A stretch of DNA of 64,000 nt from Tolypothrix carrinoi HA7290-LM1 (GCA_019358935.1 JAHHIK010000004.1:46420-110419), one strand, 5' to 3'. Counted from the first letter of the stretch, positions 1 to 10,070 are shown. The notes: generated from the letters alone by a model not told the origin. Made by a program: numbers and translations.

Positions 1-1
1 C

Positions 2-901
2 CAGCTACCCACGGAAATTACTGAGGAAACGATTTTCTCTATCCCAGATGAGTTACCCGCTTGTCAATTTGGCTTTGAGTCAGCGCTTTGGGGAGGGGGG
101 AGTGTGGGAGGACAAGGGGGACAAGGAGGACAAGGAGGACAAGGAGGAATATCTCCCCCCTCTCCCTTGTCTTCCCCATCTCCCTTGTCTCCCTTGTCTC
201 CCTTGTCTTCCCCCACTCCCCCTCTCCCCATCCCCCCCTCTCCCCCTCCCCACTCCCTCACCTACAGTGCTTTATTACCAGCAGGTGAGGCTGCTTTGGA
301 ACAATGGCAGAAGTTATGGGAACAGGGATATCGCACGTTTAAGTGGAAAATTGGAGTGTATGCGATCGCCTATGAACTGAAAATTTTTGAGTTACTCACT
401 CAAGCTTTACCACCCTCAGCAAAACTGCGATTAGATGCAAACGGGGGACTCAGCTATGAAGATGCAAATTTATGGCTGTGGACTTGCGATAATCATCAAG
501 CCAATCAAAACCGAGTGGAAATTGAATTTATCGAACAACCGCTACCTGTAGATCAATTTCTCTTAATGCTGGAATTGTCTGATTGCTATGGTACAGCGAT
601 CGCTTTAGATGAATCTGCCGCCACACTCAAACAACTTGAATGCTGCTTCCAACAAGGCTGGCGAGACATTTTTGTAATTAAATCAGGAATAGTCGGTTCA
701 CCATCTCGTCTGCGTCAGTTTTGCCAAAAACATAAAATTGATGCTGTATTTTCATCGGTATTTGAAACTGAAATTGGCAGACAAGCTGCACTTAACTTAG
801 CAGCGGAATTATCTCAGCATAATCGCGCAGTTGGATTTGGTGTTAACCATTTTTTTGAGCAAGAGAAGGATAATTGGCTTGAAAATCTATGGAAATTTTA
901 G
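2..901 (+). CDS. menC: o-succinylbenzoate synthase (5' truncated by window edge; contains in-frame repeat insertion)
   Basis: Frame open from position 2 (QLPTEIT...PACQFGFESA); enolase-superfamily motifs FKWKIG, LRLDANGG, FIEQP, IALDES; overlaps start of menE. Confidence 0.9.
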   Translation, partial: QLPTEITEETIFSIPDELPACQFGFESALWGGGSVGGQGGQGGQGGQGGISPPSPLSSPSPLSPLSPLSSPTPPLPIPPSPPPHSLTYSALLPAGEAALEQWQKLWEQGYRTFKWKIGVYAIAYELKIFELLTQALPPSAKLRLDANGGLSYEDANLWLWTCDNHQANQNRVEIEFIEQPLPVDQFLLMLELSDCYGTAIALDESAATLKQLECCFQQGWRDIFVIKSGIVGSPSRLRQFCQKHKIDAVFSSVFETEIGRQAALNLAAELSQHNRAVGFGVNHFFEQEKDNWLENLWKF

Positions 902-2331
902 ATTATATCAAACGTCAAAATGATGATTGGCTTATCAAAGGCGATCGCTTTCATTTTCAACAATTATTTGAAAACTTTTATTTAGAATTATTAGCATACA
1001 AAACACCACAAAAAATCATCTTAGCAGAACGCGAACCCGTGCGTTTTTTAGCAGGCTTTCTTGCCGCTTGTGCAGCTAATTGTCCTGTTTTTCTTTGTAA
1101 CCCCGACTGGGGAAAACAAGAATGGCAAGAAGTATTTAATTTAGTACAGCCAAACCTCATTTTAGGAGATGGCGATTCGGGAGGATGGAACAGAATTGTT
1201 TATGCCCCATTACCTATGCCCCATTACCCCTTCGGGGTTCGCCAGTCGCTCATGGGGGAAACCCCCAAGACCGCGCTGGCTCACCAATTACCAATTACCA
1301 ATACAATCATGATTCCCACAGGTGGTTCATCGGGAAAGATTAAATTTGCCATCCACACTTGGGACACCCTCATGGCATCTGTAAAAGGATTTACCGAATA
1401 TTTTCAGCTAAATAAAGTTAATTCCTTTTGTGTATTGCCACTATATCACGTCAGCGGTTTAATGCAATTTATGCGTTCCTTTACCACTGGTGGCAAACTC
1501 GCTATTTTCCCCTTTAAAGAAGTAGAATCAAATCAAATATATCATATTGAACCATCGGAATTTTTTATATCTTTAGTTCCAACACAATTACAACGTCTTC
1601 TACAAAATCCAGATTTAACAACGTGGCTATCCCAATTTCAAACTGTACTTTTAGGAGGTGCGCCAGCTTGGAATGAACTTTTAGAAAAAGCGAGATTTTA
1701 CCGTATTCGATTAGCACCAACTTACGGGATGACAGAAACCGCTTCGCAAATTGCCACAGTCAAACCTGACGATTTCCTCAATGGTAAAATTAGCAGCGGT
1801 CAAATCCTCCCTCACGCCAAAATAACAATTTGTAATGAACAAGGCGAGGTTTTGAATTCAAATCAAAAAGGAAATATTATTATAACATCTCAATCTTTAG
1901 CCCTTGGTTACTATCCAGAAATATGGAAAAATCAGGATTACTTACAAGTTGATGATTTAGGTTTCTTAGATAACGATGGTCATTTAAATATTGTTGGACG
2001 CAGCAGTAATAAAATCATTACCGGCGGTGAAAACGTCTACCCAATCGAAATTGAATCAGCAATTAGAGCAACTAAAATGGTAAACGATGTTTGTGTAATT
2101 GGCATCCCAGATAAACAATGGGGACAAGCGATAACAGCCATTTATATACCCAAAAAAGCAAAGACATCTAGCTTAGAAATCCAAAACATACTCAAAGATA
2201 AACTTTGCAAATTCAAAATTCCCAAACACTGGATTTGCGTCCCAACATTACCTCGTAACACTCAAGGCAAAATCAACCACCAGCAGCTACAACAAATAGT
2301 AACAAACCTACTCCAAACCTCCCCCAAATAA
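889..2331 (+). CDS. menE: 2-succinylbenzoate--CoA ligase
   Basis: AMP-binding motifs PTGGSSGKIK, LPLYHVSGL, TYGMTET, DDLG, IITGGENVYP; coupled to menC. Confidence 0.9.
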   Translation: MEILDYIKRQNDDWLIKGDRFHFQQLFENFYLELLAYKTPQKIILAEREPVRFLAGFLAACAANCPVFLCNPDWGKQEWQEVFNLVQPNLILGDGDSGGWNRIVYAPLPMPHYPFGVRQSLMGETPKTALAHQLPITNTIMIPTGGSSGKIKFAIHTWDTLMASVKGFTEYFQLNKVNSFCVLPLYHVSGLMQFMRSFTTGGKLAIFPFKEVESNQIYHIEPSEFFISLVPTQLQRLLQNPDLTTWLSQFQTVLLGGAPAWNELLEKARFYRIRLAPTYGMTETASQIATVKPDDFLNGKISSGQILPHAKITICNEQGEVLNSNQKGNIIITSQSLALGYYPEIWKNQDYLQVDDLGFLDNDGHLNIVGRSSNKIITGGENVYPIEIESAIRATKMVNDVCVIGIPDKQWGQAITAIYIPKKAKTSSLEIQNILKDKLCKFKIPKHWICVPTLPRNTQGKINHQQLQQIVTNLLQTSPK

Positions 2332-2339
2332 TCTCTCTA

Positions 2340-2740
2340 TCCTCTTACCTTGGCGTCCTTGGCGTCTTCTCCTTCTCCTGTCGGAGACGCTGCGCGAACA
2401 AAGACGCGTTGGCGTTCGCCCTTGGCGTTGCCGCAGGCTAGCCTCTAGGAGAGCGTAGCGTCTCCCTTTGGGAGAAGAGAAGCGCGTTGGCAAAGCCTCT
2501 AGGAGAGCGCAGCGTCTCCCTTTGGGAGAAGAGAAGGCGGTTCGTTATCGTCGCTTCGCTCCTGGGTGTGGGGTTGCAGTGATGGGGTGTGGGGAATACC
2601 TTGAAGAATGCTCACACCCCGCCCCAGGAGCATTCGGGTTTAAGACCCCACCGTCTTACGGTGTATAAAGGTTGGTTGGGGTTAGAATCCCCATCCAACC
2701 GAACCCTACACCCCACACCCTACCCCCTACACCCTGTTCA
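2340..2740. repeat. Composite cluster of small dispersed repeats, including a 43-bp direct duplication (2440-2482 / 2494-2536) and GGGGTGT/ACACCCC heptamers
   Basis: agcctctaggagagcgYagcgtctccctttgggagaagagaag present twice with 1 mismatch; several short hairpins. Confidence 0.75.
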
Positions 2741-2749
2741 ATAACCCCC

Positions 2750-3196
2750 TCACATAGCCTCTCTAGACCTTCTTCTCTCTGCGCTCTCAGCGTCTCTGCG
2801 GTTCGTTTCCAACCATCGCATCAGCTCACCCGATAACTCCCTTTTACTTCTACTACTTACCTCAATACAAACGTGCCTAGTAACTGCCTTAGCAACCATT
2901 ACACCATCAACTACAACTTCATAAGCAACTTCAAACTTATCAACACCGAGTTTTTGCGGAATCAAGCTAATAATTAACTTATCCCCACAAAACATCGGGC
3001 GAAAAAAATCTACATCCGCGTGAACAATCGGAAAAGCCACAGATGTACTACTAAAAAAATCTTTGATATTAATACTTGATACTTCTAAAGATGCTTCATA
3101 AGCTTCATGACAAATAGATAAAACATTGGCAAAGTAAACTACCCCAGCGGCATCAGTATCTGAAAATCGAACGGTGCGGTTATAAGTAAACGGCAT
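2750..3196 (-). CDS. Hotdog-fold thioesterase, probable 1,4-dihydroxy-2-naphthoyl-CoA hydrolase
   Basis: [15 protein letters not shown] motif of 4HBT-type thioesterases; adjacent to menC/menE. Confidence 0.8.
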   Translation of the reverse strand: MPFTYNRTVRFSDTDAAGVVYFANVLSICHEAYEASLEVSSINIKDFFSSTSVAFPIVHADVDFFRPMFCGDKLIISLIPQKLGVDKFEVAYEVVVDGVMVAKAVTRHVCIEVSSRSKRELSGELMRWLETNRRDAESAERRRSREAM

Positions 3197-3211
3197 ATTT
3201 TATAATTAGCG

Positions 3212-3239
3212 AAAAAAATAGCAGGCTTATAACCTGCTA
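3212..3239 (-). terminator. Intrinsic terminator after the kinase/HopA1 pair
   Basis: Minus strand reads TAGCAGG-loop-CCTGCTA followed by a T7 tract. Confidence 0.6.
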
Positions 3240-3320
3240 CCAAAAATGATTTTACTGCAACTAGAACAATTTGTATGGTGCGTTAACAGAGTGTAACGCA
3301 CCCTACTATAATTTCATGTT

Positions 3321-4388
3321 TCAATTTAATGGGTAATAAATGTCTTCAGAGTGAGGATTAAGGTAGGGACGCTGCAAATCTATATTTAGCTGCGTAAAGT
3401 GTTGAGCGATCGCTTTCATTCTCTCCTCAGTACTATTATCACCTTTTTGCCAAACTGACAACAAAGAAGAAGCGACAATTTGACAACGATTCACGCCAAA
3501 ATTCTCTTGTGCGGCAAATTTTTGGCTTGGTTCTTCAGCTAAACTCAAGCCAGGGGCTAAAAACTTGGTAAATAAAGGTATTTCTGGCTGAAAATAAGAT
3601 TTATACTCTGAATAAACAGCTTGAAGTACTTTCCGCACTGCTGGATAGTCGTTGCGTTGAAAATACAGCATCCCAGAGTCGTAACGTCCATACGCACAAG
3701 GGTTGTAAAGAACTTGAAAGTTAAAGAAAATCTCAGCCGCGTTTAATTGTTGGGTGAGACTATCCATGAGAGCGATCGCTCCATCAGGAGTTACATTAAA
3801 ATAAATTCGCCCCATATCCAAATCAACGTCTGGATTATTGCTAACTGCTAAATAATAATTATTTTGCAGTCGATTTTTTGGCATCCAAATTCCAACCAAC
3901 TTACCAACTTTGGCAGACTCCATACTTGGTTGCATAGGCGAGTTATACTCAACATGCAATGTCAAACCGTCTTTAATTACTACCAGAGTACCATCAGGTT
4001 CTTGCCGCAAAACTTGCCAACCAGCATCAAAATAACCTATGCCGTGATTGCTAGCATCTAATCGTTCGTAAAATTCCCAATCAGTACCGAAAATATAATT
4101 GTTTTCTAAAGTTTGATGTGGTAATAAATTAGCTGGTTTGGCATTTAGTGCCAAAATGTTTTGCAAAGAACCATTGTAATAAATTCCGTAAATAAAATTT
4201 CGCAGCAGCAAAGTCAGATATTTACGCTGCAATGCTGGCAGATTTTGTTGAAATCTGTCTGCTACTTTTTTTGGCAAGGCAAACGGTTGATAATTCGGAT
4301 GAATAATGCAAAAGTTGGACTCAATCTGAATATTGCTGGCAATGTCAAACAGAGAATCTAGTAGTTGATTGGTAGGAGTATATAGCAT
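3321..4388 (-). CDS. HopA1-family protein (LanY-like phospho-Ser/Thr lyase homologue)
   Basis: Motifs GYFDAGW, RIYFN, YGRYDSGMLYF, PLFTKFLAPGLSLAEEP, FGVNRCQIVA, RPYLNP; downstream of an APH kinase. Confidence 0.75.
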   Translation of the reverse strand: MLYTPTNQLLDSLFDIASNIQIESNFCIIHPNYQPFALPKKVADRFQQNLPALQRKYLTLLLRNFIYGIYYNGSLQNILALNAKPANLLPHQTLENNYIFGTDWEFYERLDASNHGIGYFDAGWQVLRQEPDGTLVVIKDGLTLHVEYNSPMQPSMESAKVGKLVGIWMPKNRLQNNYYLAVSNNPDVDLDMGRIYFNVTPDGAIALMDSLTQQLNAAEIFFNFQVLYNPCAYGRYDSGMLYFQRNDYPAVRKVLQAVYSEYKSYFQPEIPLFTKFLAPGLSLAEEPSQKFAAQENFGVNRCQIVASSLLSVWQKGDNSTEERMKAIAQHFTQLNIDLQRPYLNPHSEDIYYPLN

Positions 4389-4396
4389 TTTAAAAT

Positions 4397-4450
4397 GTAG
4401 TAAGCGCTTAAGCGCTTTAATAGATGAGCGGTAAACCGCTCACTACGAAC
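4397..4450. repeat. GTAG...CTAC REP-like palindromic element between kinase and HopA1 genes
   Basis: gtagtaagcgcttaagcgctt...gagcggtaaaccgctcactacgaac; related to 21849-21902 and 29538-29586. Confidence 0.65.
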
Positions 4451-4455
4451 TTAAC

Positions 4456-5691
4456 TTAACACCCACGCAGACGAGTTTTTGGGTAATAAAGAGGAAGCAA
4501 ATTCTGCTTGCTTTCTGGTTGAGGCAACTTTTCTAATTTGGTAACGGGTTTGAGTATTTCCGATTCAGAAATACCGAAAACGGTTAGCACAGCAAGCTGT
4601 GGCATGGTGAGTAAATTTTTGGCGACTTGAAGCATTGAAATGCTGATATTATCAAAGTATTTATCGTACTTAATCGTTGCCTCAATTTGATGCATCAGTG
4701 CTAAACCCGCAAACTGAATAACACGCAAGAGAAAATCATTACGATACTCTAAAATGTTGGGGAAGGCTTTGAGATAAGCTTGAGTCAGGGCAAGCATTGA
4801 AGGTTGAAGAGTCTCTAATGGTGTCACCGCTAATTGCAAAGATTCTTCTAATTCGATGGTGGGATCTACCACCAGACTGTCTAGCCAAATTTTTAAATAG
4901 CTTGCTAGCAAAGTTCCTAAATCAAAGGCTGGATCTCCCCAGGCACATGCTTCCCAGTCAATCAGCCGGACGATCGCATTATCTAGGTGTTCCCACCTGG
5001 AATGGATCAAAATGTTGTCTAATTTCAGGTCGTTATGAGTCAAGCAGCAAGGTTGCCAATCGTTTGCTAAGTCTCCAATTGCTGATTCTAAATTGTCGTG
5101 ACCCTGGTAGTAAGCATAAAATTTCAGCGCAGGAGTGGGAACCATGCCAAAAATCTCAGGTGTAATTGACTCGATTCCTTGCGCTGGATTGTTGAAGTGA
5201 TAGCGAAACTGTCCTGCGGGAGCTGTTGCCATAAAATCGCGATACTCACGACGGTTGAATGTAGCACGATGCAGCGCTCCTAAGGTGTCACCAATGGTAC
5301 TGGCGATCGCTTCCGGGAAAATATCGTTTTGTTGATAATAATTCCCCAGTTCCTGATACTCACTTAAGTAGTTGCGGATCAGGATCGAGTTTTCTTCATC
5401 GAAGTGCAGCACTTCGGAGGCGATCGCTCCGATGTTACCAATGACTGGAAATTGCTCAAGCAATTGGTCAAACAGCCACTCATTGAAAAATTGCTCTTTT
5501 CCATCCAAAAGGTCAATGCTACGTTTTTGTTTAACCAGCAGTTTGCGATTATCTGCCAGAGTAACCAGTAAATTTAAATTTTTCTTACTTTCAGGTAACT
5601 CAGAATTAGAGGATGCGCCATCTTCTGAGCTACACAGACCTGAAGAACGCAGATACTGGATAACGTTATGAGAAGACAGTGAAACTACCAT
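4456..5691 (-). CDS. Aminoglycoside phosphotransferase-family kinase (LanK-like)
   Basis: LLVKQ, LTHNDLKLDNILI (HxDxxxxN), LIDWE, GDPAFDLG motifs. Confidence 0.8.
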   Translation of the reverse strand: MVVSLSSHNVIQYLRSSGLCSSEDGASSNSELPESKKNLNLLVTLADNRKLLVKQKRSIDLLDGKEQFFNEWLFDQLLEQFPVIGNIGAIASEVLHFDEENSILIRNYLSEYQELGNYYQQNDIFPEAIASTIGDTLGALHRATFNRREYRDFMATAPAGQFRYHFNNPAQGIESITPEIFGMVPTPALKFYAYYQGHDNLESAIGDLANDWQPCCLTHNDLKLDNILIHSRWEHLDNAIVRLIDWEACAWGDPAFDLGTLLASYLKIWLDSLVVDPTIELEESLQLAVTPLETLQPSMLALTQAYLKAFPNILEYRNDFLLRVIQFAGLALMHQIEATIKYDKYFDNISISMLQVAKNLLTMPQLAVLTVFGISESEILKPVTKLEKLPQPESKQNLLPLYYPKTRLRGC

Positions 5692-6486
5692 GTATTATTT
5701 CCTAATTCGTAAAATTAAAGAGCGTAAATCACCTAGATCCAGATTGGCTTAACTTTTATAGCTCGTGGTAGACAGCAATAACACTGGGAATATTAATCAC
5801 GATGATTACAATCTACTAATATCCGATCCCCAAAAGAAAAACCTGCCAAAATGGCAATTCTGTCTTTACTATTCCTTTAAAGTAAATTCTTTACCTGACT
5901 AAGCATTTTTACTTGAATTGATATTTAGTTTTGTGGTTAAGCTTTTTGCTGTTGTTCACTTTCCGGCTTTCTGGGCGTTCAAGAAAAATTCACGCATTAA
6001 TTTTTCACTTCGCAATAAAAGCAAGTGCGAAATCAACTGTTTATGAGATGATTTCGCAATATTATTAGTATCTTCAGATGTTCACCGCGCACTAGACAAC
6101 AAAATCGCTCTAACTTAGATAGGGCGGGTCATTCATGCTATTTGCGTGCATATTGCGATCGCTTCGTTTTCCTCTTTTTTTGAAAATGATTTTTTTAAGC
6201 CACATTTTTACCATCATCCCCAAATAACGATTGAGCTACGGTTTTTAACTAATTCCCAAAAAAACAAACATTTGCTCATGAACTGAATCACAAGCAAACA
6301 AAACTGAGTCATGGTAAATATTGATTGATATTATGCTGCCATTTATATTCATTTACAATAAGATATTTCGGTTACATAAATCAAGTGATAAGTTTTAATT
6401 GTGTTATATACAGCAGAGCCAATATAAATCTAATCAATTTAAATTCAAATACAGGCAATCTTGAAGTACTTACGTATCTAGCTACA

Positions 6487-6572
6487 GGGGAAAGGGGAAA
6501 GGGGAAAGGGGAAAGGGGAAAGGGGAAAGGGGGAAGGGGAAGGGGAAAAGGGGAAAGGGGAAAGGGGAAAGG
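6487..6572. repeat. Heptamer STRR array (GGGGAAA)n
   Basis: Direct tandem repeats; complementary CCTTTAC-type units follow at about 6610-6632. Confidence 0.9.
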
Positions 6573-6710
6573 AAAATTAAGAATTATTGAAATATGCACC
6601 CTTGATTTTCTTTACCTTTACCCTTTACCCTTCTTCGGTAATATAAATGTACTAATAAAGGTATACTAACTAAAAAGAATCATGGAGGTGAAAAAAATAG
6701 TAGGCATCAG

Positions 6711-7040
6711 CTACTGGCTTATTATTGATGCCATAAGTTGATTCACCATCACCGCCAAGGTCAGCACACCGAAAAACAGCATCAATCCCGCTGGCATAAA
6801 CTTGCGTGTTTTAGCCAGTCGCAATGCAAACACAACTACTAAAACAGCAGTGACTAAAGCTGCTAAAATCAAACCCCAGATTATACCTTGAAATTGGAGG
6901 TAAGCGGCAAAAAGTAATAATACACCACTAATGCAGCCACTGAGGAGCGAAACATTGCTAGTAGAGAGAATGTAACCAATGATGCCACCGACCAACGCTA
7001 AAAACCCGTAGCCAAGAGAGGCGATAATACCTAAATTCAT
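6711..7040 (-). CDS. TMEM14-family small membrane protein
   Basis: YGFLALVGGIIGY...SLLSG...KTRKFMPAGLM; about 4 TM helices. Confidence 0.85.
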   Translation of the reverse strand: MNLGIIASLGYGFLALVGGIIGYILSTSNVSLLSGCISGVLLLFAAYLQFQGIIWGLILAALVTAVLVVVFALRLAKTRKFMPAGLMLFFGVLTLAVMVNQLMASIISQ

Positions 7041-7143
7041 TGTTAAAACCTATGTAGATTTTGATGTGTGCTGCAAACCTCGGCAGACAATTTACCATAG
7101 CTGTTTAGCTACCGAAACCTGTTAACTGATGGATAATTAAGCA

Positions 7144-8478
7144 ATGTCCACGGCAAGTAATTCGTTCCAGACAAAGGTTCAGTTCCTCCAGCGTCAAGCA
7201 GCATCTCTATTAATCTACCAATCCGTCCTCCAAGGCGAAGTCAGTAGAGCCTTTATGGATTTGTTGCAAAGTATACGATATGCCGAAGCTGATGCACGCA
7301 GTTGTCTTCAAGCTTACGGCAACTACTTTAAGTGCTTGGCTGCTAGAAATCAAAACTGGGAGGACTATTTAATTACGCAAATTCTCAGAGATGAGAATCC
7401 ATTTTCTCAGCTTGCAGGGCAGCGAGAATTTGAGAATTTGCCTCCAGCTTTAATTGCAGCGACTCAGCATGATTTACAAGCGTTGCAAAGTCTTTATGAA
7501 TGTAGTAGCGCGTTTTTGAGCGAATGGGTACAAGCTGTGGCAAATCTAGCTGTTTCACCAGTAGTCTGGTATGACGAGGAACTTGCAGCGGTAGAAGAAA
7601 CGAACGAATCGCTGCTAATAGCGAAACTGCACCATATGGAAGATTGGGCTGATGCAGTAGAAGATGTAGCTGCTTATTATCGGCAATTTGGTACGGGTTT
7701 ATTTGCCGAATATAGTGCATTGCGCTATTGCGACGGACAATTTATTGGCATTGCACATGCCGATCCGGTAAAGTTAAGCGAATTAGTGGGTTATGAGTCT
7801 CAGCGAGACGCTTTATTAAAAAATACAGAATTTTTGCTAGCAGGAGAGGTAGCGCAGCACGTATTACTTTACGGTAGTCGCGGTTCGGGGAAATCTTCTC
7901 TAGTGAAAGCTTTGTTGAATGAGTACGGCAAGCATCACCTGCGCTTGCTGGAAGTAGCAAAATCAGATTTGAAACACTTACCACAAATTGTGGAACAGTT
8001 GCGCTCTGTGCCACATAAATTTATTATTTTTGTCGATGACCTTTCGTTTGAGGAAGATGACGACGCTTTTAAAGCGCTGAAAGTAGTATTAGAGGGGAAT
8101 TTAACTGCGCGATCGCAAAACGTAGTCGTGTATGCTACTTCTAATCGTCGGCACTTAATTCGCGAGTTTTTTGGTGATAGACCTGCTCCTAAGGATAATG
8201 ATGAAATCCATGCTTGGGATACGATGCAGGAGAAGCTTTCGTTTAGCGATCGCTTTGGTCTAACTTTAACCTTCGAGCCTGCCGATCAGAAAACCTATTT
8301 AAACATTGTCCGACATTTAGCCACACAAGCGGCAATTAGCATTGACTCAGAAGATTTAGAATATCAAGCTTTGCAATGGGCAACTCGTCACAACGGTCGA
8401 TCTGGAAGAACAGCACGACAGTTTGTTGATTTTTTGAAAGCAGATTTGGCACTTTCAGCTTCAAACGACCAAACATAA
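7144..8478 (+). CDS. DUF815-family AAA+ ATPase
   Basis: Walker A GSRGSGKSS, FVDDLSFEE, YATSNRRHL, SDRFGL, GRSGRTARQF. Confidence 0.85.
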   Translation: MSTASNSFQTKVQFLQRQAASLLIYQSVLQGEVSRAFMDLLQSIRYAEADARSCLQAYGNYFKCLAARNQNWEDYLITQILRDENPFSQLAGQREFENLPPALIAATQHDLQALQSLYECSSAFLSEWVQAVANLAVSPVVWYDEELAAVEETNESLLIAKLHHMEDWADAVEDVAAYYRQFGTGLFAEYSALRYCDGQFIGIAHADPVKLSELVGYESQRDALLKNTEFLLAGEVAQHVLLYGSRGSGKSSLVKALLNEYGKHHLRLLEVAKSDLKHLPQIVEQLRSVPHKFIIFVDDLSFEEDDDAFKALKVVLEGNLTARSQNVVVYATSNRRHLIREFFGDRPAPKDNDEIHAWDTMQEKLSFSDRFGLTLTFEPADQKTYLNIVRHLATQAAISIDSEDLEYQALQWATRHNGRSGRTARQFVDFLKADLALSASNDQT

Positions 8479-8584
8479 GTAGCTTACATAAACTGCGTAC
8501 AGTAGGACGCATTAAATTTCTTCTTCCCCTTTCCCCTTTCCCCTTTCCCCTTTCCCCTTCCCCAGAAATACCTACTCTGAAAAA

Positions 8585-9883
8585 TTGACTAAACTAAAAA
8601 CAAGCAATATGCAATCAGCAATGGTAAGTAATCGATTTTTGCTTTTAGGTATAGTTGCCTTTAGTGTGAGTTTTGGTCTAAGCCTCGTCCCAACTTGGGA
8701 TTTTAGTAAAGCCTTTCTCACAGGTGCAATTACTGTAATAGCTAGTTATGCAGCAGCATTATTTGTCGATAACATCCGCAGAAATCATGAAATGCTCGTT
8801 TTGGGTTCTCTCCACAAGCGAATAAAAGAGCTTGAGGGCTTGAAGTCTCGTCTTGTCAGAGAAATCAACCAAATTGAAGAGCATCGCGCCTTATTATATA
8901 CAGAGTCAAACCAACTGCAAAATCAAGTATCAGAACGCCGCAACCAAAGAGACAGTTTAAATCGAGAATTAGGCAGTTTTGTCGGACAGAAAAAACAGTT
9001 AGAAGTAGAAATAAACTTACTTAAAACAGAGCTTACTAAGCTGGACAAAAGTAAAGCCGAGCTAAATAATTCATTTTCGGCTCTCACAGCAGAAAAACGC
9101 CGTCTAGAATTAAATTCCAACGTATCGCGAGCGGAAATAACTAAACTACAAACTGAAATTAGCGAACTCCAACAACAAAAGCAAGACGCTGAAAGCAATT
9201 TAACTTTGCTAGACAGACTCAAACCTCAACTAGAAGAAAGACTCTACGAATTGCGAGTTGAACTGCAAGAACTAGAAAATCAGGTAACTCAGCACAATGA
9301 ATTAATTTTCAATAAAAAATCCGAAAGAGAAAATACAGAAGCTAGCCTAAATTTATTACAAACCCAAATAACAGAACAAAAAATTGAATTAAATCACTTA
9401 CAAGAGCAAATTTCCTTATTACAGCAAGAACGCGATTTGTTACAAAATCAAGTTTGGGAATTACTTCAACAATCCGAAACATACAATCAGCAACCGTTCG
9501 CAGAAAAGGAGCATGAAGAAGATGTAGATTTATTTCCTTTTTCTGACTTAATAGATTTAGAAACAATATCTGAAAATACATCTGATTTTCCCCAAGAATG
9601 GGCTAAATTATTAGAACAGCTACCAGCTTATGAAATACAAGTATTAAAAGCCATAGTAGAGCAAGAAAATCCCAAAGCTGCTATTAAAAAGATTGCCGAA
9701 ACAAATATTACTATGCCAAATTTGTTAATTGATTCTATAAATGAACGTGCTAATGATACAATTGAAGAATTAATAATTGACCCAAACTCGGAAACTCCAA
9801 AAATTTATCAAGAGCATATAACAAACGTAAAAAAACTGATTGCAATGTATGAATTAACAACTAGACAAGCTCCATCAAATTAA
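8585..9883 (+). CDS. Membrane-anchored coiled-coil protein with C-terminal TerB_C domain (SngA-like); true start may be ATG 8609
   Basis: 2 N-terminal TM helices, long heptad region, C-terminal MPNLLIDSINERANDTIEELIID resembling TerB_C. Confidence 0.7.
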   Translation: MTKLKTSNMQSAMVSNRFLLLGIVAFSVSFGLSLVPTWDFSKAFLTGAITVIASYAAALFVDNIRRNHEMLVLGSLHKRIKELEGLKSRLVREINQIEEHRALLYTESNQLQNQVSERRNQRDSLNRELGSFVGQKKQLEVEINLLKTELTKLDKSKAELNNSFSALTAEKRRLELNSNVSRAEITKLQTEISELQQQKQDAESNLTLLDRLKPQLEERLYELRVELQELENQVTQHNELIFNKKSERENTEASLNLLQTQITEQKIELNHLQEQISLLQQERDLLQNQVWELLQQSETYNQQPFAEKEHEEDVDLFPFSDLIDLETISENTSDFPQEWAKLLEQLPAYEIQVLKAIVEQENPKAAIKKIAETNITMPNLLIDSINERANDTIEELIIDPNSETPKIYQEHITNVKKLIAMYELTTRQAPSN

Positions 9884-9910
9884 GTTATTCTTGCCATCGT
9901 ACAATTATAT

Positions 9911-10070
9911 ATAGCAGTCCTAAATAAAAGCGTGAAAGCCTCTTCCATCTCTTTCTCTGCGCTCTCTCTCTTGAAAAGGTCTGATCGGAGGAAACCTCCG
10001 CTCAGACTTTCCGCTGCTTCTCTGCGGTTCGTTCCATAAAATGATCTTCACAAATCAAAAAATTAAGGAA
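9911..10070. repeat. Nested small repeat element in the intergenic region
   Basis: ctctgcgctctct...tctgcggttcgtt host repeat interrupted by hairpin aaaggtctgatcggaggaaacctccgctcagacttt. Confidence 0.6.

Noticed and set aside
48..380. Alternative-frame ORFs in menC (and 50692-51186 in the radical SAM gene)
   Set aside because: Shadows of the nonamer repeat within real genes
3321..4388. Type III secretion effector
   Set aside because: No T3SS genes; pairing with an APH kinase points to the LanY-like branch
6325..6669. Gly/Lys/Arg-rich ORF and its antisense FP-rich ORF as precursor peptide
   Set aside because: Translations of the (GGGGAAA)n STRR; no leader-like features
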